Below are positions 31,911 through 32,633 of a stretch of DNA of 32,633 nucleotides, piece by piece. Numbering within the stretch: the first letter of the stretch is position 1; every line of letters begins with the position of its first letter. Source of the stretch: an uncultured Staphylococcaceae bacterium (GTDB lineage Bacteria; Bacillota_I; Bacilli_A; RFN20; CAG-826); assembly GCA_964368105.1 (NCBI GenBank), contig CAYJAE010000002.1:1-32633 (forward strand). The letters run 5' to 3'. The notes beneath the pieces are model-generated. The model saw nothing but the letters and a program-made list of their open reading frames with translations. It had not been told where the DNA came from and made no database searches. Both the position numbers and the translations under genes were made by a program.

Positions 31911-32633
31911 TTAAGTTTTTGGATTGCCTTTATGTTTTACTGGCTTCCATTTTAGTCTGACAAATGGACCAACAATTAAGAGTGGAATAAAGGTAACGAG
32001 GAAAAAGAAACCAATAAACGGGAAGATAATCTTTTTAACAGGATGCATTTTAATCCGTTTCCAATCAAAGATAGAAATAAGTAATGACATAACGGTTGTA
32101 AAGACATAGAAGATAAAGAAGAAGTCAAACATCGTAAATAAATACGTTTGGACAAAATAAGCAAAGTCATGAGTAAGGATTAAGTTCACTGTCGCAAGTA
32201 CGCCGTAAATCAAATACCAAAAGACGGTAAAGCCCGGAATTGGAGTAATAAAGAGCGCTGCTTCAAAATGAGAAAACCGTTCACTTAACTTCTTTTTGCC
32301 AGTAAACATGCCCTTAAATAGACGACCAACATAGAGAACAAACACTTGGTAGAGACCTTTAACCCATCGTAAGCGTTGCCGCATTGAGTCGCGCATATTT
32401 TCAGGTTGTTCGTCATAAAATATCGCGTTATGGGCGTAATATACTTGTTCTTGCTCAATAACCGCTGCTGCACTAGATTCAATGTCTTCAATGAAAGTAT
32501 GATAAGGCCAGCCTCCAAGTTTTTGAATGCGGCTAATACTAACAAAAAAGCTTGTCCCGGAAACATAAGCACTAGTGTTCATGTGGGAACGGACTTTATG
32601 CATTAAACTACATTCGCGCAGAAACGAATAGCC
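31911..32633 (-). CDS. Family 2 glycosyltransferase, processive-synthase type, C-terminal part (5' end beyond the right edge)
   Basis: The frame is open through base 32633 (...GYSFLRECSLMHKVRSH...). The Q-R-L-R-W (QxxRW) motif is followed by 4-5 TM helices, as in membrane-embedded processive GT2 synthases. Confidence 0.8.
   Translation of the reverse strand, partial: GYSFLRECSLMHKVRSHMNTSAYVSGTSFFVSISRIQKLGGWPYHTFIEDIESSAAAVIEQEQVYYAHNAIFYDEQPENMRDSMRQRLRWVKGLYQVFVLYVGRLFKGMFTGKKKLSERFSHFEAALFITPIPGFTVFWYLIYGVLATVNLILTHDFAYFVQTYLFTMFDFFFIFYVFTTVMSLLISIFDWKRIKMHPVKKIIFPFIGFFFLVTFIPLLIVGPFVRLKWKPVKHKGNPKT

Noticed and set aside
1017-32606. The remaining short ORFs in the track that overlap or lie antisense to larger genes. 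They are 1017..1229, 4244..4429, 6870..7073, 8034..8216, 8111..8341, 9311..9541, 10830..11087, 10889..11119, 11713..11913, 13720..14094, 17157..17390, 17317..17550, 17947..18264, 17955..18200, 18389..18712, 19760..19942, 21558..21782, 26789..26974, 27323..27571, 31924..32109, 31976..32170, 32285..32572 and 32406..32606.
   Set aside because: Each lies inside a longer ORF with clear family motifs, on the opposite strand or in another frame. They have no SDs and their products are low-complexity. This is typical of AT-rich shadow ORFs.
1-32633. Mycoplasma-type genetic code (TGA = Trp)
   Set aside because: TGA ends several genes exactly at operon junctions (1342..1344, 11457..11459, 29983..29985). 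Conserved proteins (AsnRS, SHMT, TsaD) are full length with Trp encoded by TGG only.
1-32633. CRISPR arrays, IS elements, integrases, tRNA/rRNA genes and long direct or inverted repeats
   Set aside because: None are visible. Every intergenic region is at most 303 nt and is accounted for by promoters, a riboswitch, terminators or a small ORF. I cannot exclude short dispersed repeats without a computational repeat search.

Overview
The window is a chromosomal segment from a low-GC bacterium that uses the standard code. TGA ends several conserved genes at their expected lengths, and Trp is TGG. Gene content looks Bacillota/Mycoplasmatota-like (Acholeplasma- or Erysipelotrichia-like), but the taxon cannot be fixed from sequence alone. 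Most of the window is housekeeping. It holds a pcrA 5' fragment, three coupled membrane ORFs, and a long minus-strand array: TPP riboswitch-thiT, a Sel1-repeat protein, a membrane protein, a DUF402 protein, tsaE-tsaB-rimI-tsaD, asnS and a small unlisted ORF. It also holds ung and a convergently arranged Wzx/Wzy-type glycan locus with two GT4 enzymes, Wzx, a TupA-like ATP-grasp, a lipoprotein, a Wzy/O-antigen-ligase-like protein and a GT-D-like enzyme. Upstream of that locus on the minus strand are tcdA and an alpha/beta hydrolase. The rest comprises a PPi-type phosphofructokinase, glyA, a TctB/TctA-like permease pair fused to a lower mevalonate operon (mvk-mvaD-mvaK2-fni), and a partial processive GT2. 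The standout is a self-contained two-gene module at 22602..26142 on the minus strand. A 930-aa TIR-NACHT(STAND)-TPR protein is translationally coupled, with a 1-nt gap, to a 248-aa metallo-beta-lactamase-fold hydrolase. The module sits between glyA and the isoprenoid operon and has its own terminator. I read it as a candidate anti-phage system whose MBL partner is not part of the TIR-STAND systems I know. A second recurring signal is that seven transcription-unit-leading genes have a (TGn)TAtAAT box only 6-9 nt from the ATG and no Shine-Dalgarno, which suggests leaderless mRNAs. I found no rRNA, tRNA, CRISPR array, transposase or integrase.
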